Source of the DNA: a virus | Lineage: Duplodnaviria; Caudoviricetes | IMG/VR virus record: IMGVR_UViG_3300037524_000258 | Span: 1 to 37,712 of that record | DNA length: 37,712 nucleotides | Strand: one strand, 5' to 3' | Shown here: positions 1 through 7,869 of the stretch, piece by piece | How positions within the stretch are numbered: the stretch's first letter is position 1 | Layout: every line of letters starts with the position of its first letter | Notes under the pieces: model-generated | Told to the model about the DNA's origin: nothing | The model's database searches: none | The model's input: the letters and a program-made list of their open reading frames with translations, nothing else | Made by a program: the position numbers and the translations under genes

Positions 1-99
1 CCATCACCCGCCCCCCGCCCCGCCGCTTCACACAACACACATCAAAATCTAGGCTCACGCAGCACATCAACCAAGCATGCCAAGCATGCCAATGCGCAG

Positions 100-131
100 G
101 CACAACAAAGCAGCACACGATGGTGCTGCTT
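100..131 (-). terminator. Possible intrinsic terminator after the 40-aa gene
   Basis: 9-bp stem AAGCAGCAC (108-116) / GTGCTGCTT (123-131), followed on the minus strand by a weakly T-rich tail (TGTTGTG). Confidence 0.35.
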
Positions 132-149
132 GCTTGGGGGGATGCTTGG

Positions 150-272
150 TCAGCGTTGCGTGATGGCTGCGTGGACCGCTAGGCCGGCCCACCAGGCCGC
201 AAGGACAACCACCAGGGGCACACCCACCGGCGGCACGACAACGCAGAGGACAAGCAGGACAATGTAGATCAT
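150..272 (-). CDS. 40-aa hydrophobic membrane peptide (Pmp3/YqaE-like motif)
   Basis: Not in the ORF track; translated by hand as MIYIVLLVLCVVVPPVGVPLVVVLAAWWAGLAVHAAITQR. AAGGAG RBS lies 8 nt before the ATG at 272; TGA at 152-150. Confidence 0.7.
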   Translation of the reverse strand: MIYIVLLVLCVVVPPVGVPLVVVLAAWWAGLAVHAAITQR

Positions 273-311
273 GGCGGTGCTCCTTGTGGGGGCCGAAGCC
301 CCCTGGGTTGG

Positions 312-704
312 TTACTCGGCGGTGGCCTGCTCGGCGGCGGCCTGCTCGCGCTTCGCGCGCTTACCCTTGGCGGGAGCCTTGGGGGCGTCGGCCTTGGGCG
401 CGTCGCCGGTGCCCGCGACTACCGTGAACAGGTTCAGCGTGGCGGCCTTGTTGACCTTGAGCTCCTTGTGCGCCGCTTCGGTGAGCTCGATCCAATGCTG
501 GAAGTCTCCCTGCATGAAGTACGCGTAGAAGCGCGGGACCGCGCCCTTGCCCTGACCGCTCGTGAGCCGGCCCTGATACTCGTTGTTGTCGAAGTTCACG
601 GTGATCAGGTCGCGGGCGACCTTCGGCTTGACCTGGTACGAGTACGGGCTGAGCGTACCGATGATGCCGAGGTTGCTGGTGACGGGGGTCTTGATCTTGC
701 TCAT
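312..704 (-). CDS. Hypothetical protein (130 aa) with Lys/Ala-rich tail; probable paralog of 5888..6409
   Basis: Start moved to ATG 704 (GGAG-AAAGTT-ATG); strongly G/C-ending codons; ends in APKAPAKGKRAKR. Confidence 0.8.
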   Translation of the reverse strand: MSKIKTPVTSNLGIIGTLSPYSYQVKPKVARDLITVNFDNNEYQGRLTSGQGKGAVPRFYAYFMQGDFQHWIELTEAAHKELKVNKAATLNLFTVVAGTGDAPKADAPKAPAKGKRAKREQAAAEQATAE

Positions 705-763
705 AACTTTCTCCGGTTGCTCGGTTCGACACCGCGCCGAACCGATACATCTACTATAGCTCA

Positions 764-877
764 CGAACCTTACGCGAACCTTACGGCACCTAGGTGTAGC
801 TCTCTAAATTTCGCCAGACCGAAGTTGCGCGCGCCCGCGCGATGCGCATACGCTGCGAACCTTACGCGAACCTTACG
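764..877. repeat. Two tandem doublets of the 11-mer CGAACCTTACG
   Basis: Copies at 764-774, 775-785, 856-866 and 867-877; the doublets are 92 bp apart. The first abuts a minus-strand TATAGT (758-753). Confidence 0.9.
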
Positions 878-920
878 TCAGACTAAATCAGTCGGGTATT
901 CGATTTTAGGGGAAGCTCTC

Positions 921-953
921 TAGTTACTTTTGGTTACGTTTGGTTACGTTTGG
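921..953. repeat. Tandem 10-mer TGGTTACGTT (2 perfect copies, 1 imperfect)
   Basis: TAGTTACTTT TGGTTACGTT TGGTTACGTT TGG read directly from the sequence. Confidence 0.85.
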
Positions 954-1019
954 AGCAGCAGGACACACACCATGTCACTCACCTAACTGTAGCGGCCCCT
1001 CCTGGGGGCTCCAATACTG

Positions 1020-1250
1020 TCGTAGGGGTTTACCCTTGGTTTTAGGTGCGTTTTCTGGTCTCGGCCCCCCCCTAGACCCCGGCCCCCCCCCCTGTCACAA
1101 AGTTTTTATACGCGAAGACCCAAAATACCTCCGTATATACAAAAAAGGGGGGGCCGGGGGGAGAAGGGGGGCCGACCCTAAAAAACCCCTTACGAATCAA
1201 AGACTTACACTCGGCCCCCCCTCCGGCCCCCCTCCGGCCCCCCCCTCCCT
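1020..1250. other. Putative replication origin with CGGCCCCCC iteron-like repeats
   Basis: Non-coding region immediately 3' of the primase-helicase gene. CGGC(C)n occurs at 1062, 1080, 1212, 1224 and 1235, and inverted ending at 1156 and 1174, around an AT-rich core (about 1098-1146). The function is inferred. Confidence 0.55.
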
Positions 1251-1251
1251 G

Positions 1252-3537
1252 TCAGCTGTACTTGGTTCCCCGCTGGCGGCGCACAGCGGTGAGTGTGTCG
1301 TCCCCCAGCCGCAAGATCGGGGCCACGGCTTCAAACGCCTCGATGAGGGCATCCCGCGCCCGCAGTTGTACGACCAGTTCCATCTCCTCCCCTTTGGCGT
1401 ACCGGCCAGTATCCTTGTCGGTCCCGGTCACCCAGGCAGAGTAATCGAGCACTGTACGAAACTTGCCCGCGCCCTTGCTCTCTTTCTTGACGGGCAATGG
1501 CTTCCCGCGAGGGGCCAAGACCCAGGCCTCAGACCGTTCGCCAAAGGCGCGAGTGTCGGTGCGCAAGGCTTGTCCGCCCCGAGTCTTCACAAAGTCCCTG
1601 AACTTGGACCAGAACCGCGCGTGTACGGCGCTCACGTTGTTAGGGAGCACCCAGAACCCCTCTTCACACTGGTTCAGCATGCCATACATCTCCACCATCC
1701 CTAGCTCGCCCGCATCGCGAGTGGCCTCGATCATGTCCTCCATATCCTCAGTGACCGGAGGAGCAGCAGTGGAGTCCCAGTCCCGCAAGTCAACGCAGTT
1801 CATGAGGTGGTACATGAGATGTCTACGGGGCCAATTCTCGTCTTCGCTGTTGTCCAGACAGAACCGTCCCCAGACTTCCCTGCCGACCCACTCACGCCAC
1901 CCGCTAACCACTTCCTCTTGCGTAAGTCGAGTCCGCGCCACAAACCAACGCCTACCAGTCTCGTCCACCTTGACGGGGTCCAACGCATTGGAGGTCACGA
2001 TGACCCGAGCCAAGTTGTCGTTCTCGTAGTCAGGCACGTACTTGATAGAGATGTTGGTGCGGGGATTCGTGATGAAGTCCTTCAACCGAGCCATTTGCCC
2101 CCTGCTCAGGCCTTCCGACTCCTCAATTTGGACCACGAGCTTACTGTCGATGTTCGATCCCTTGTAGTCGCCAAAGAAGTCGTCAAAGGGGCCAGAGTGT
2201 CGATAGTTTGCCCCAACAAGGGCGCCAGCGATAGCCCCATAGAGGCTCTTGCCCGTCCCCTCGGTGGTGCCCCCCAGCACCACGGCATAATTGGGCTTCT
2301 CCCAAGGACGCTGTACCAAATGGGCCATGAAGTGCTCAAGGAAGGCGGCGTTGTCCTCGCTTCCAGCCACGCCCATCAGGTACTTACGCCAGATGGCTAC
2401 GTCCCGATCCAAGGCATCGGGGTCCTTCATCCCTGGCGTGGTCAGCAAACCCTTCCACGTATTAAAGTGGTCCCGAGTCTGATCAAGTCCGAACTCAAAC
2501 TCTGGGTTGAAGACTATCTTGCGGCACGTAGGGCGCTGAGCAGGGGGCAGGTCCAGGAACGCGCGCCCGGCAGGAACGAGGGTGATCTTGTCCCCCACTT
2601 GCTTCTTGACCTTCCGGTCTGAGACCACTACGTTGATGAAGTCCCCCGCGCCGTGCTTGTACGTGCCCGTAGCGCGATCCATGATGAATGGCTTAGACCC
2701 CAGATAGACGCACCAATCGCGGATCATCTCACTCAGCACACGATCTTCAGGGGTGAGCTCCTCCATCGTGGCCATGAGCTCGTCCAGAGTGCCGCCGGCA
2801 TCCCTGAAGTCGTCAATACCCATCTTGACCCTAGGCTGCTGCTTCAGGAAAGTCTGGGTCTTGGCGATGAAGACCAGGTAAGGGCTAGCACCTGCGATAC
2901 TGATCTTGTTCGCGAATGCCTTAGCAGCCTTGAGCTCATCGTTGGGGCGCAAGGGTTCTTCCGCAGTCGAGGTCTCATGGGCATCGAAGCAGATAACGAC
3001 TTGCTTGTTATTCCAATTGACGTCGTCAACTGGTATAGGCATCTTCCGACTATCTTGGGCGAACATCCAAATGCCGCCTAGACCAACGGTGGCGATGCCC
3101 ATCTTACAGGCCGCGATGGCCTTGTACTCCCCCTCGGTAAACATGATGGGTTCTTGGGGATCGGCAGCGACGCGGTGCCAGTCGATCCCTACCCCACGGG
3201 GCACGTATGCCAGGTGCGGACTTGAAGGTTTCGCTTGCGTGTACTTACCAGGCTTGAAGCCCGCCGTGAACTTCCAGTCACGCTTGAAGTTCAGACGATA
3301 CCGACAGAAGTGCTTGCCCGTCTTGGGGTCGATCAGCGGATGACCGTCAATGTCGAAATACGGAATGCGCTGACCGCTATCTACCCAGGGAAGGTTGATG
3401 TTGGTCTCTGAGCCAATCTCCACACCCGATAGGTGGACTAGCTCAATGGCTGCTACGTCTAGTTGAGTGAGCCCTCGGGCCTCCATGACGGCGGTCAGAG
3501 GATTGACTAGATGGGGCTTGGGGAAGGATGAGCTCAT
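1252..3537 (-). CDS. Primase-helicase: N-terminal TOPRIM (DUF3854-like) plus C-terminal SF3-type helicase (DUF5906-like)
   Basis: TOPRIM motifs FTEGEYKA, VGLGGIW, VICFD, KMGIDDF; Walker A EGTGKS; Walker B VQIEE; motif C IVTSN; arginine finger RRWFV. Confidence 0.88.
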   Translation of the reverse strand: MSSSFPKPHLVNPLTAVMEARGLTQLDVAAIELVHLSGVEIGSETNINLPWVDSGQRIPYFDIDGHPLIDPKTGKHFCRYRLNFKRDWKFTAGFKPGKYTQAKPSSPHLAYVPRGVGIDWHRVAADPQEPIMFTEGEYKAIAACKMGIATVGLGGIWMFAQDSRKMPIPVDDVNWNNKQVVICFDAHETSTAEEPLRPNDELKAAKAFANKISIAGASPYLVFIAKTQTFLKQQPRVKMGIDDFRDAGGTLDELMATMEELTPEDRVLSEMIRDWCVYLGSKPFIMDRATGTYKHGAGDFINVVVSDRKVKKQVGDKITLVPAGRAFLDLPPAQRPTCRKIVFNPEFEFGLDQTRDHFNTWKGLLTTPGMKDPDALDRDVAIWRKYLMGVAGSEDNAAFLEHFMAHLVQRPWEKPNYAVVLGGTTEGTGKSLYGAIAGALVGANYRHSGPFDDFFGDYKGSNIDSKLVVQIEESEGLSRGQMARLKDFITNPRTNISIKYVPDYENDNLARVIVTSNALDPVKVDETGRRWFVARTRLTQEEVVSGWREWVGREVWGRFCLDNSEDENWPRRHLMYHLMNCVDLRDWDSTAAPPVTEDMEDMIEATRDAGELGMVEMYGMLNQCEEGFWVLPNNVSAVHARFWSKFRDFVKTRGGQALRTDTRAFGERSEAWVLAPRGKPLPVKKESKGAGKFRTVLDYSAWVTGTDKDTGRYAKGEEMELVVQLRARDALIEAFEAVAPILRLGDDTLTAVRRQRGTKYS

Positions 3538-3722
3538 TGGTCGTCCTTTTCAATTTCCTTGAGCATAGCAGACTTGAGGTCTATATCTTGGTAGCCGCCC
3601 AGCCTCTTCCATGGGGCAGTGAAGGCGTCAGGGTTCGGTACTTTCACCCAAAGCACCCCTTCATCGTCTAAGACAACTATGTATCCGTCATTATCCATAG
3701 CAACTTGTACAAACTTAGGCAC
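3534..3722 (-). CDS. Small hypothetical protein (62 aa)
   Basis: AAGGAG RBS before the GTG; the stop overlaps the primase ATG (ATGA). Confidence 0.75.
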   Translation of the reverse strand: MPKFVQVAMDNDGYIVVLDDEGVLWVKVPNPDAFTAPWKRLGGYQDIDLKSAMLKEIEKDDQ

Positions 3723-3917
3723 AGCATCTCCTTGGTTCAGGATCTATCGAAGGGGGGACCGCTATCGTACCCCCGCCCCGACTCCCAGCGCTATCCCCCC
3801 GTTTGTATCCCATACGAAACCGCTTCCCTGCCCTATCTGAAGGCCCTATACGCGCGGGCGGGCGCGTCGCGCGTTTCTGCTAGCCTCACCCCTCCAGTCG
3901 ATACCATACGAAACATC

Positions 3918-3945
3918 TTTACTTCAGTCTACTGTAGGCTATACT
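3918..3945 (+). promoter_or_regulatory. Sigma70-like promoter TTTACT-N16-TATACT for the rightward early genes
   Basis: -35 at 3918-3923 and -10 at 3940-3945; the same TTTACTTCAG and GCTATACT elements occur upstream of terS. Confidence 0.65.
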
Positions 3946-3990
3946 ACGTTCACCGGGTCGGCGGTTCCCGACAGTTCAGGAGATACGACA

Positions 3991-4218
3991 ATGAACTACG
4001 AGCAAGCAGAGAAAGAGTGGAAGTCTTTGGGGTGGGGGGTCCGCATTATTCAGCGCGGAAATCCCTCCATTTACTTCGTGTTCCCCAAGTCGAATCCCGC
4101 AGTTGGCTTCTTCCAGCAAGGGCGCGTAGCCTACAACGAGTGGGGCCAGCTCCACGTTGACGGAAACAACGACGCCGAAGTCACCCTTAACGTCATCAAG
4201 AAGTTCTTTGGAGGTTAA
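3991..4218 (+). CDS. Early hypothetical protein (75 aa)
   Basis: AGGAG RBS; first gene after the promoter. Confidence 0.75.
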   Translation: MNYEQAEKEWKSLGWGVRIIQRGNPSIYFVFPKSNPAVGFFQQGRVAYNEWGQLHVDGNNDAEVTLNVIKKFFGG

Positions 4219-4219
4219 T

Positions 4220-4729
4220 ATGAGCACTACCCCTCTCAGCAAGGCGCTCCACGAGCGCGGTACGAACAACGTCAAGCGCCTCCGCGCCCAGCTCGCCTTC
4301 CAAGGCACCCCCCGAGTCAAGGCCCTGCTGGAGACCATCGACTGGCTGATCGAGCGTCACAGCATGGAGGTCTACACCGATGTGGGGACCTACTCCACCA
4401 GCATCTACCTGACGGTGAAGGGCCTCACCGGCCTGAAGGACCCGTCCCTGGCCGCGCTTCTCGACACCCTGGTGCACGCGGAGTCGGACCACACGGCCAC
4501 CAGCGACTCCCCGGCCAGCTTCTCGCGCTCCTACCAGTTCTACTGGTACGGCGACGCGGAAGAGCACTCAGGCTTCCAGTCGGCCCTCTACGTCAACGTG
4601 ACGGCGAGCTTCAAGGAGGACAGCGAAACGTGTAAGCGTGTCATCGTCGGCTACAAGGAGCCGAGCACCGAAGCGCAGCCCATCTACGAGCTGCGTTGTA
4701 CCGACGACGCCCCCACCGAGCAGGAGTAA
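4220..4729 (+). CDS. Early hypothetical protein (169 aa)
   Basis: Start moved to ATG 4220 (GGAGG RBS), 1 nt after the previous stop; G/C-ending codons. Confidence 0.8.
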   Translation: MSTTPLSKALHERGTNNVKRLRAQLAFQGTPRVKALLETIDWLIERHSMEVYTDVGTYSTSIYLTVKGLTGLKDPSLAALLDTLVHAESDHTATSDSPASFSRSYQFYWYGDAEEHSGFQSALYVNVTASFKEDSETCKRVIVGYKEPSTEAQPIYELRCTDDAPTEQE

Positions 4730-4732
4730 GTC

Positions 4733-4879
4733 ATGATCCCCTACGGCCACGACGCCTCGTGCGTCTTCAACACCGGGGGGTTCGTCCCCTCCACCATGGC
4801 CGGGGTTCACCTGGCGTTTGTGGAGGGGGATCAAGCAACCCTAGCAGTCAACCGACTCATCGAACCGAGGAACCCATGA
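4733..4879 (+). CDS. Small hypothetical protein (48 aa)
   Basis: Not in the track; MIPYGHDASCVFNTGG...IEPRNP. AGGAG RBS; fills the gap exactly; ATGA overlap with the next gene. Confidence 0.6.
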   Translation: MIPYGHDASCVFNTGGFVPSTMAGVHLAFVEGDQATLAVNRLIEPRNP

Positions 4880-5208
4880 ACAAGCAGCAACGTATCCAGA
4901 TCAGCAAGCTCAGCGCCGCGCTGGTCGAAGCCACCGACAACGGCATGCCCCTCCCCGAGCTCAAGGAACTGGTCAAGAGCACCGTTTCTGAGTTGGAGAC
5001 CCTGCGCGACGACGAGCAGGAAAAGTATGACAACATGCCGGAGTCCCTCCAGGCCTCGTCCAAGGGCGAAGCGCTGGAGGAGGGCATTCAGTACCTGGAC
5101 GACGCCATCCACGACCTGGGGTCCATCGACGACAGCGAGGAAGGTGAGGAGGATGAGGTCGGCCAAGTCATCGGCGCGGCAGTGGATAGCCTGAGCAACC
5201 TGGAGTGA
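4876..5208 (+). CDS. Acidic helical phage protein (110 aa)
   Basis: Start at ATG 4876 (GAGG RBS). The motif DEQEKYDNMPESLQ-x3-GE is one I recall from a widespread phage hypothetical family; 28 D/E versus 8 K/R. Confidence 0.8.
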   Translation: MNKQQRIQISKLSAALVEATDNGMPLPELKELVKSTVSELETLRDDEQEKYDNMPESLQASSKGEALEEGIQYLDDAIHDLGSIDDSEEGEEDEVGQVIGAAVDSLSNLE

Positions 5209-5210
5209 CC

Positions 5211-5366
5211 ATGAAGAACGAACGCACCCCTCGCACCCTCGCAGACAGCGAGTTCACCACCGGCTACAGGGAGCACCCCGCCCCCGACTACGCTGAGGTG
5301 GCGGACTACCTGATCCTGGTGCTCTTCGCCCTGGTACTGGCCGCTTTGCTCTGGGGGTATTTGTGA
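5211..5366 (+). CDS. Small membrane protein (51 aa, one C-terminal TM segment)
   Basis: Not in the track; MKNERTPRTLADSEF...YLILVLFALVLAALLWGYL. GGAG RBS; GTGA overlap with the next gene. Confidence 0.7.
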   Translation: MKNERTPRTLADSEFTTGYREHPAPDYAEVADYLILVLFALVLAALLWGYL

Positions 5367-5779
5367 TCACACTATCCCGCAACCAACGCTTCGTCCGCCA
5401 GCTGGTGGTGGACAATCCAGGCAGGACGGCAATTGAGCTTCAGGACCTCGCCTGCGAGGCGATGCCCCAAGGGGGCTGGCCCAAGGTCAACTCAGCCTTG
5501 TCCTACCTCAAGGCTTGGGGCTTCGTGAGGCTTGAGAAGGACGGGTCCGCGCCTGGGGTTTGGTACAACATCCCCGGCAACGGGTTCGATGCGAGGACCC
5601 CAGCTATCCCCCGGAACAGGAAGGCACCGAAGACTGCCCCCACGCCCGCCCCCACGCCCCAGCCTGTGTCTACCGCTGCCGTGTTGACCTTCACGGCTCA
5701 AGTCCAATTCTCTGACGGCACCAAGGTCGCCCTCACTGCCGAGCAGTTCAAAGAGCTCAAGGAGATCCTGTCCAACTAA
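5363..5779 (+). CDS. Putative winged-helix DNA-binding protein (138 aa)
   Basis: Pattern NPGRTAIEL...KVNSALSYLKAWGFVR...VWY is typical of wHTH; followed by a Pro/Thr linker and a small C-terminal domain. Confidence 0.65.
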   Translation: MITLSRNQRFVRQLVVDNPGRTAIELQDLACEAMPQGGWPKVNSALSYLKAWGFVRLEKDGSAPGVWYNIPGNGFDARTPAIPRNRKAPKTAPTPAPTPQPVSTAAVLTFTAQVQFSDGTKVALTAEQFKELKEILSN

Positions 5780-5805
5780 AACCTAACATTTCGATTGTCA
5801 CCCAC

Positions 5806-5834
5806 TAGACGCGTGGAGCGAATCAGCGTATACT
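5806..5834 (+). promoter_or_regulatory. Sigma70-like promoter TAGACG-N17-TATACT
   Basis: Intergenic; near-consensus hexamers with a 17-bp spacer; upstream of 5888. Confidence 0.65.
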
Positions 5835-5887
5835 ATCGTTGACGCTCCACCAAGCGTCTTCATCCCACCCCAACTTGAGGATTCATC

Positions 5888-6409
5888 ATGACTGAAGTCA
5901 CCACCGCCCCCGAAGCCACCGCCAAGAAGGCCCCCCCGAAGCGCGTGTTCCCCCAACTGTTCCTGACCGCCAAGGGCATGGAGCCGCTCAAGGTCGGCAA
6001 GTACCCGATGCCGGTCAAGGCCGCACGGTTCCCGCTGGGCGTCAACGGCCAGGAAGTGGAGGCCGCCACCACCGAGTTCAAGGACAAGAAGTACACCTAC
6101 TTCATGTACCAGGGCGTCGGCTTCTGGGTCACCGGCCACCTGAACGCTGAGGTCGAGTACACCCTGGACTTCCCCGATGGCTATGAGTTCAAGCCGGTCA
6201 AGGTCGATCGCAAGGCTCAGGCCGACGCTGCCGCAGCGAAGGCGAAGGCGAAGAAAGCCGCCGCCGCGGACACAGCCTCTGCCAGCGAGGAATCGGCCGC
6301 TAGCGCGTCCGAAGCGGCCGGCGAGGGCGAGGGTAGCCCGGCGACCTCCGAAGCGCCTACGGCCCCGGAAAACGCGCCGGCACCGAAGGGCAAGAAGGCC
6401 AAGCGCTGA
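5888..6409 (+). CDS. Hypothetical protein (173 aa) with Ala/Lys/Glu-rich disordered tail; probable paralog of 312..704
   Basis: GAGGA RBS; strong codon bias; ends in APAPKGKKAKR. Confidence 0.85.
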   Translation: MTEVTTAPEATAKKAPPKRVFPQLFLTAKGMEPLKVGKYPMPVKAARFPLGVNGQEVEAATTEFKDKKYTYFMYQGVGFWVTGHLNAEVEYTLDFPDGYEFKPVKVDRKAQADAAAAKAKAKKAAAADTASASEESAASASEAAGEGEGSPATSEAPTAPENAPAPKGKKAKR

Positions 6410-6453
6410 CCAGTCGATAGTTCCCCTACAGTCAGGGGAACCCGGCTATACTA

Positions 6454-6490
6454 GGGGGGCCGACCCGCAAGGTTGGCCTCCCTTTCTACT
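6454..6490 (+). terminator. Intrinsic terminator-like hairpin
   Basis: 12-bp stem (6454-6465 / 6471-6482, two G-U pairs), loop CGCAA, followed by TTTCTACT. It directly follows a TATACT (6447-6452), so it could instead be a leader hairpin. Confidence 0.55.
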
Positions 6491-6506
6491 TCAACGAAAG
6501 CATACC

Positions 6507-6857
6507 ATGTCCATCAAAGAAATCCTGTCCGTGCGTAAGCAGCGCCTCAGCCTGCAGCGTGAAGCCGACCTTCTGGAGCAGAAGGAAAAGGCCCTCACGA
6601 ACGAGTTGGTCAACTACATGGTCTCCGGTGCCCTCGACACCCTCGTCGATGGCGAGGACCAAGTGACCCTCGTCACCACCACCGAGCCGGTCGCCGTCAA
6701 CTGGCCCGCCCTGCTCGACTACATTCGTCAGAACGACGCGCTGGACATCCTCCAGAAGCGGCTGACCCCCTCCGCCATCAAGGCTCGCTGGGCCGACAAC
6801 CAGGTCGTGCCCGGCGTCGACAGCCTCGAAAAGCACACCATCAAGTTCAACGTCTGA
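6507..6857 (+). CDS. Conserved phage replication-module protein (116 aa, N-terminal coiled coil)
   Basis: Start at ATG 6507. The pattern VNW...DYI....ALDILQKRL...A...W....VPGV is recalled from genes next to phage PolA modules. Confidence 0.75.
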   Translation: MSIKEILSVRKQRLSLQREADLLEQKEKALTNELVNYMVSGALDTLVDGEDQVTLVTTTEPVAVNWPALLDYIRQNDALDILQKRLTPSAIKARWADNQVVPGVDSLEKHTIKFNV

Positions 6858-6867
6858 GGACACCACC

Positions 6868-7704
6868 ATGGCTACCAAACCCACCGAAGCCAAGCCCGCC
6901 CCCTCCACTGCCGTCGCCGTCAAGGCCCCGGCCTCCACCGCTGTGGCGATGCCCGTCAACTGGCGGGACCGCATGAAGCAGGTCGCCGTCAAGACGGCTG
7001 AGACCGAGAAGCCCAGCGGCGGCTTCATCAGCTTCAAGTCCGGTCGCCTCAGCATTGGCGATCAGGTCATGCCTGGCGACAAGATCGAGTGCGTCGTTGT
7101 GGACTACCTGCTCCACAACAAGTACTTCGACACCCCGTACAACGCCAACAAGCCGACGCCGCCGGCCTGCTATGCGTTCGGGCGGGAGGAGGTCAATATG
7201 GCCCCCAGCACCGGCAACTCCGACACGGTGGACGAGGACAGTGAGGAGTACAACCCTGGTGCGCGCGACCCGCAAGCGGAAGGCTGCGCGGTGTGTCCGA
7301 TGAACGAGTGGGGCAGCGCTGGGGGCGGCTCCAAGGGCAAGGCTTGTACCAACAGCCGTCGTCTCTGGCTCCTGCCTGCTGATGTCGCCTCCAACCCGGA
7401 CAAGGCGCGCGCCACGGACTTCCTCCAGTGCGACCTCCCGGCGACGAGCGTCAAGAACTTCAGCAAGTTCGCCAACGACTGCGCGGCCAGCGGCAACGCC
7501 CCGTTCCAGTTCGTGGTTGAGATGTCGGTCAAGCCTCACCCGACGAGTCTGTTCCAGGTGCATTTCAAGGCCCTGGAGCAGATCAAGGACGAGGCGGTGC
7601 TGGAGCAGCTGGCCACCCGCAACTGGAAGCACGAGCAGGAGCCGGCCCCCATGTACCCGACCGCTGAGCAGATGGCCGAACGCGCCGCCTCCAACAAGTT
7701 CTGA
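6868..7704 (+). CDS. Putative Zn-binding ssDNA-binding/annealing protein (278 aa)
   Basis: GAGGA RBS; Cys motif PACYA...CAVCPMNEWGS...GKACTNSRRL; lies upstream of the DNA polymerase. The function is inferred. Confidence 0.6.
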   Translation: MATKPTEAKPAPSTAVAVKAPASTAVAMPVNWRDRMKQVAVKTAETEKPSGGFISFKSGRLSIGDQVMPGDKIECVVVDYLLHNKYFDTPYNANKPTPPACYAFGREEVNMAPSTGNSDTVDEDSEEYNPGARDPQAEGCAVCPMNEWGSAGGGSKGKACTNSRRLWLLPADVASNPDKARATDFLQCDLPATSVKNFSKFANDCAASGNAPFQFVVEMSVKPHPTSLFQVHFKALEQIKDEAVLEQLATRNWKHEQEPAPMYPTAEQMAERAASNKF

Positions 7705-7831
7705 CGTGTAACGCAGAAGGGGGGCTTGACCCCCCGCAGGATTAGCGGTGAGTGCCTGTGCTCGCAAAACCTCCGCAGTTGAAGTTGGGCCTACGTCTCC
7801 AACCCTTCGGTTCAATGATTCAGCCGGCCTC

Positions 7832-7857
7832 GCCCCCTCCGTCATGGGGGCCTTTTT
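7832..7857 (+). terminator. Intrinsic terminator
   Basis: GCCCCC (7832-7837) / GGGGGC (7846-7851) stem followed by CTTTTT. Confidence 0.65.
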
Positions 7858-7869
7858 CATGGAGAGGAT

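Noticed and set aside
940-1704. 254-aa plus-strand ORF
   Set aside because: TTG start without an RBS; it runs through homopolymer repeat tracts and then antisense to the primase; the Pro/Gly-rich translation reflects the DNA repeats.
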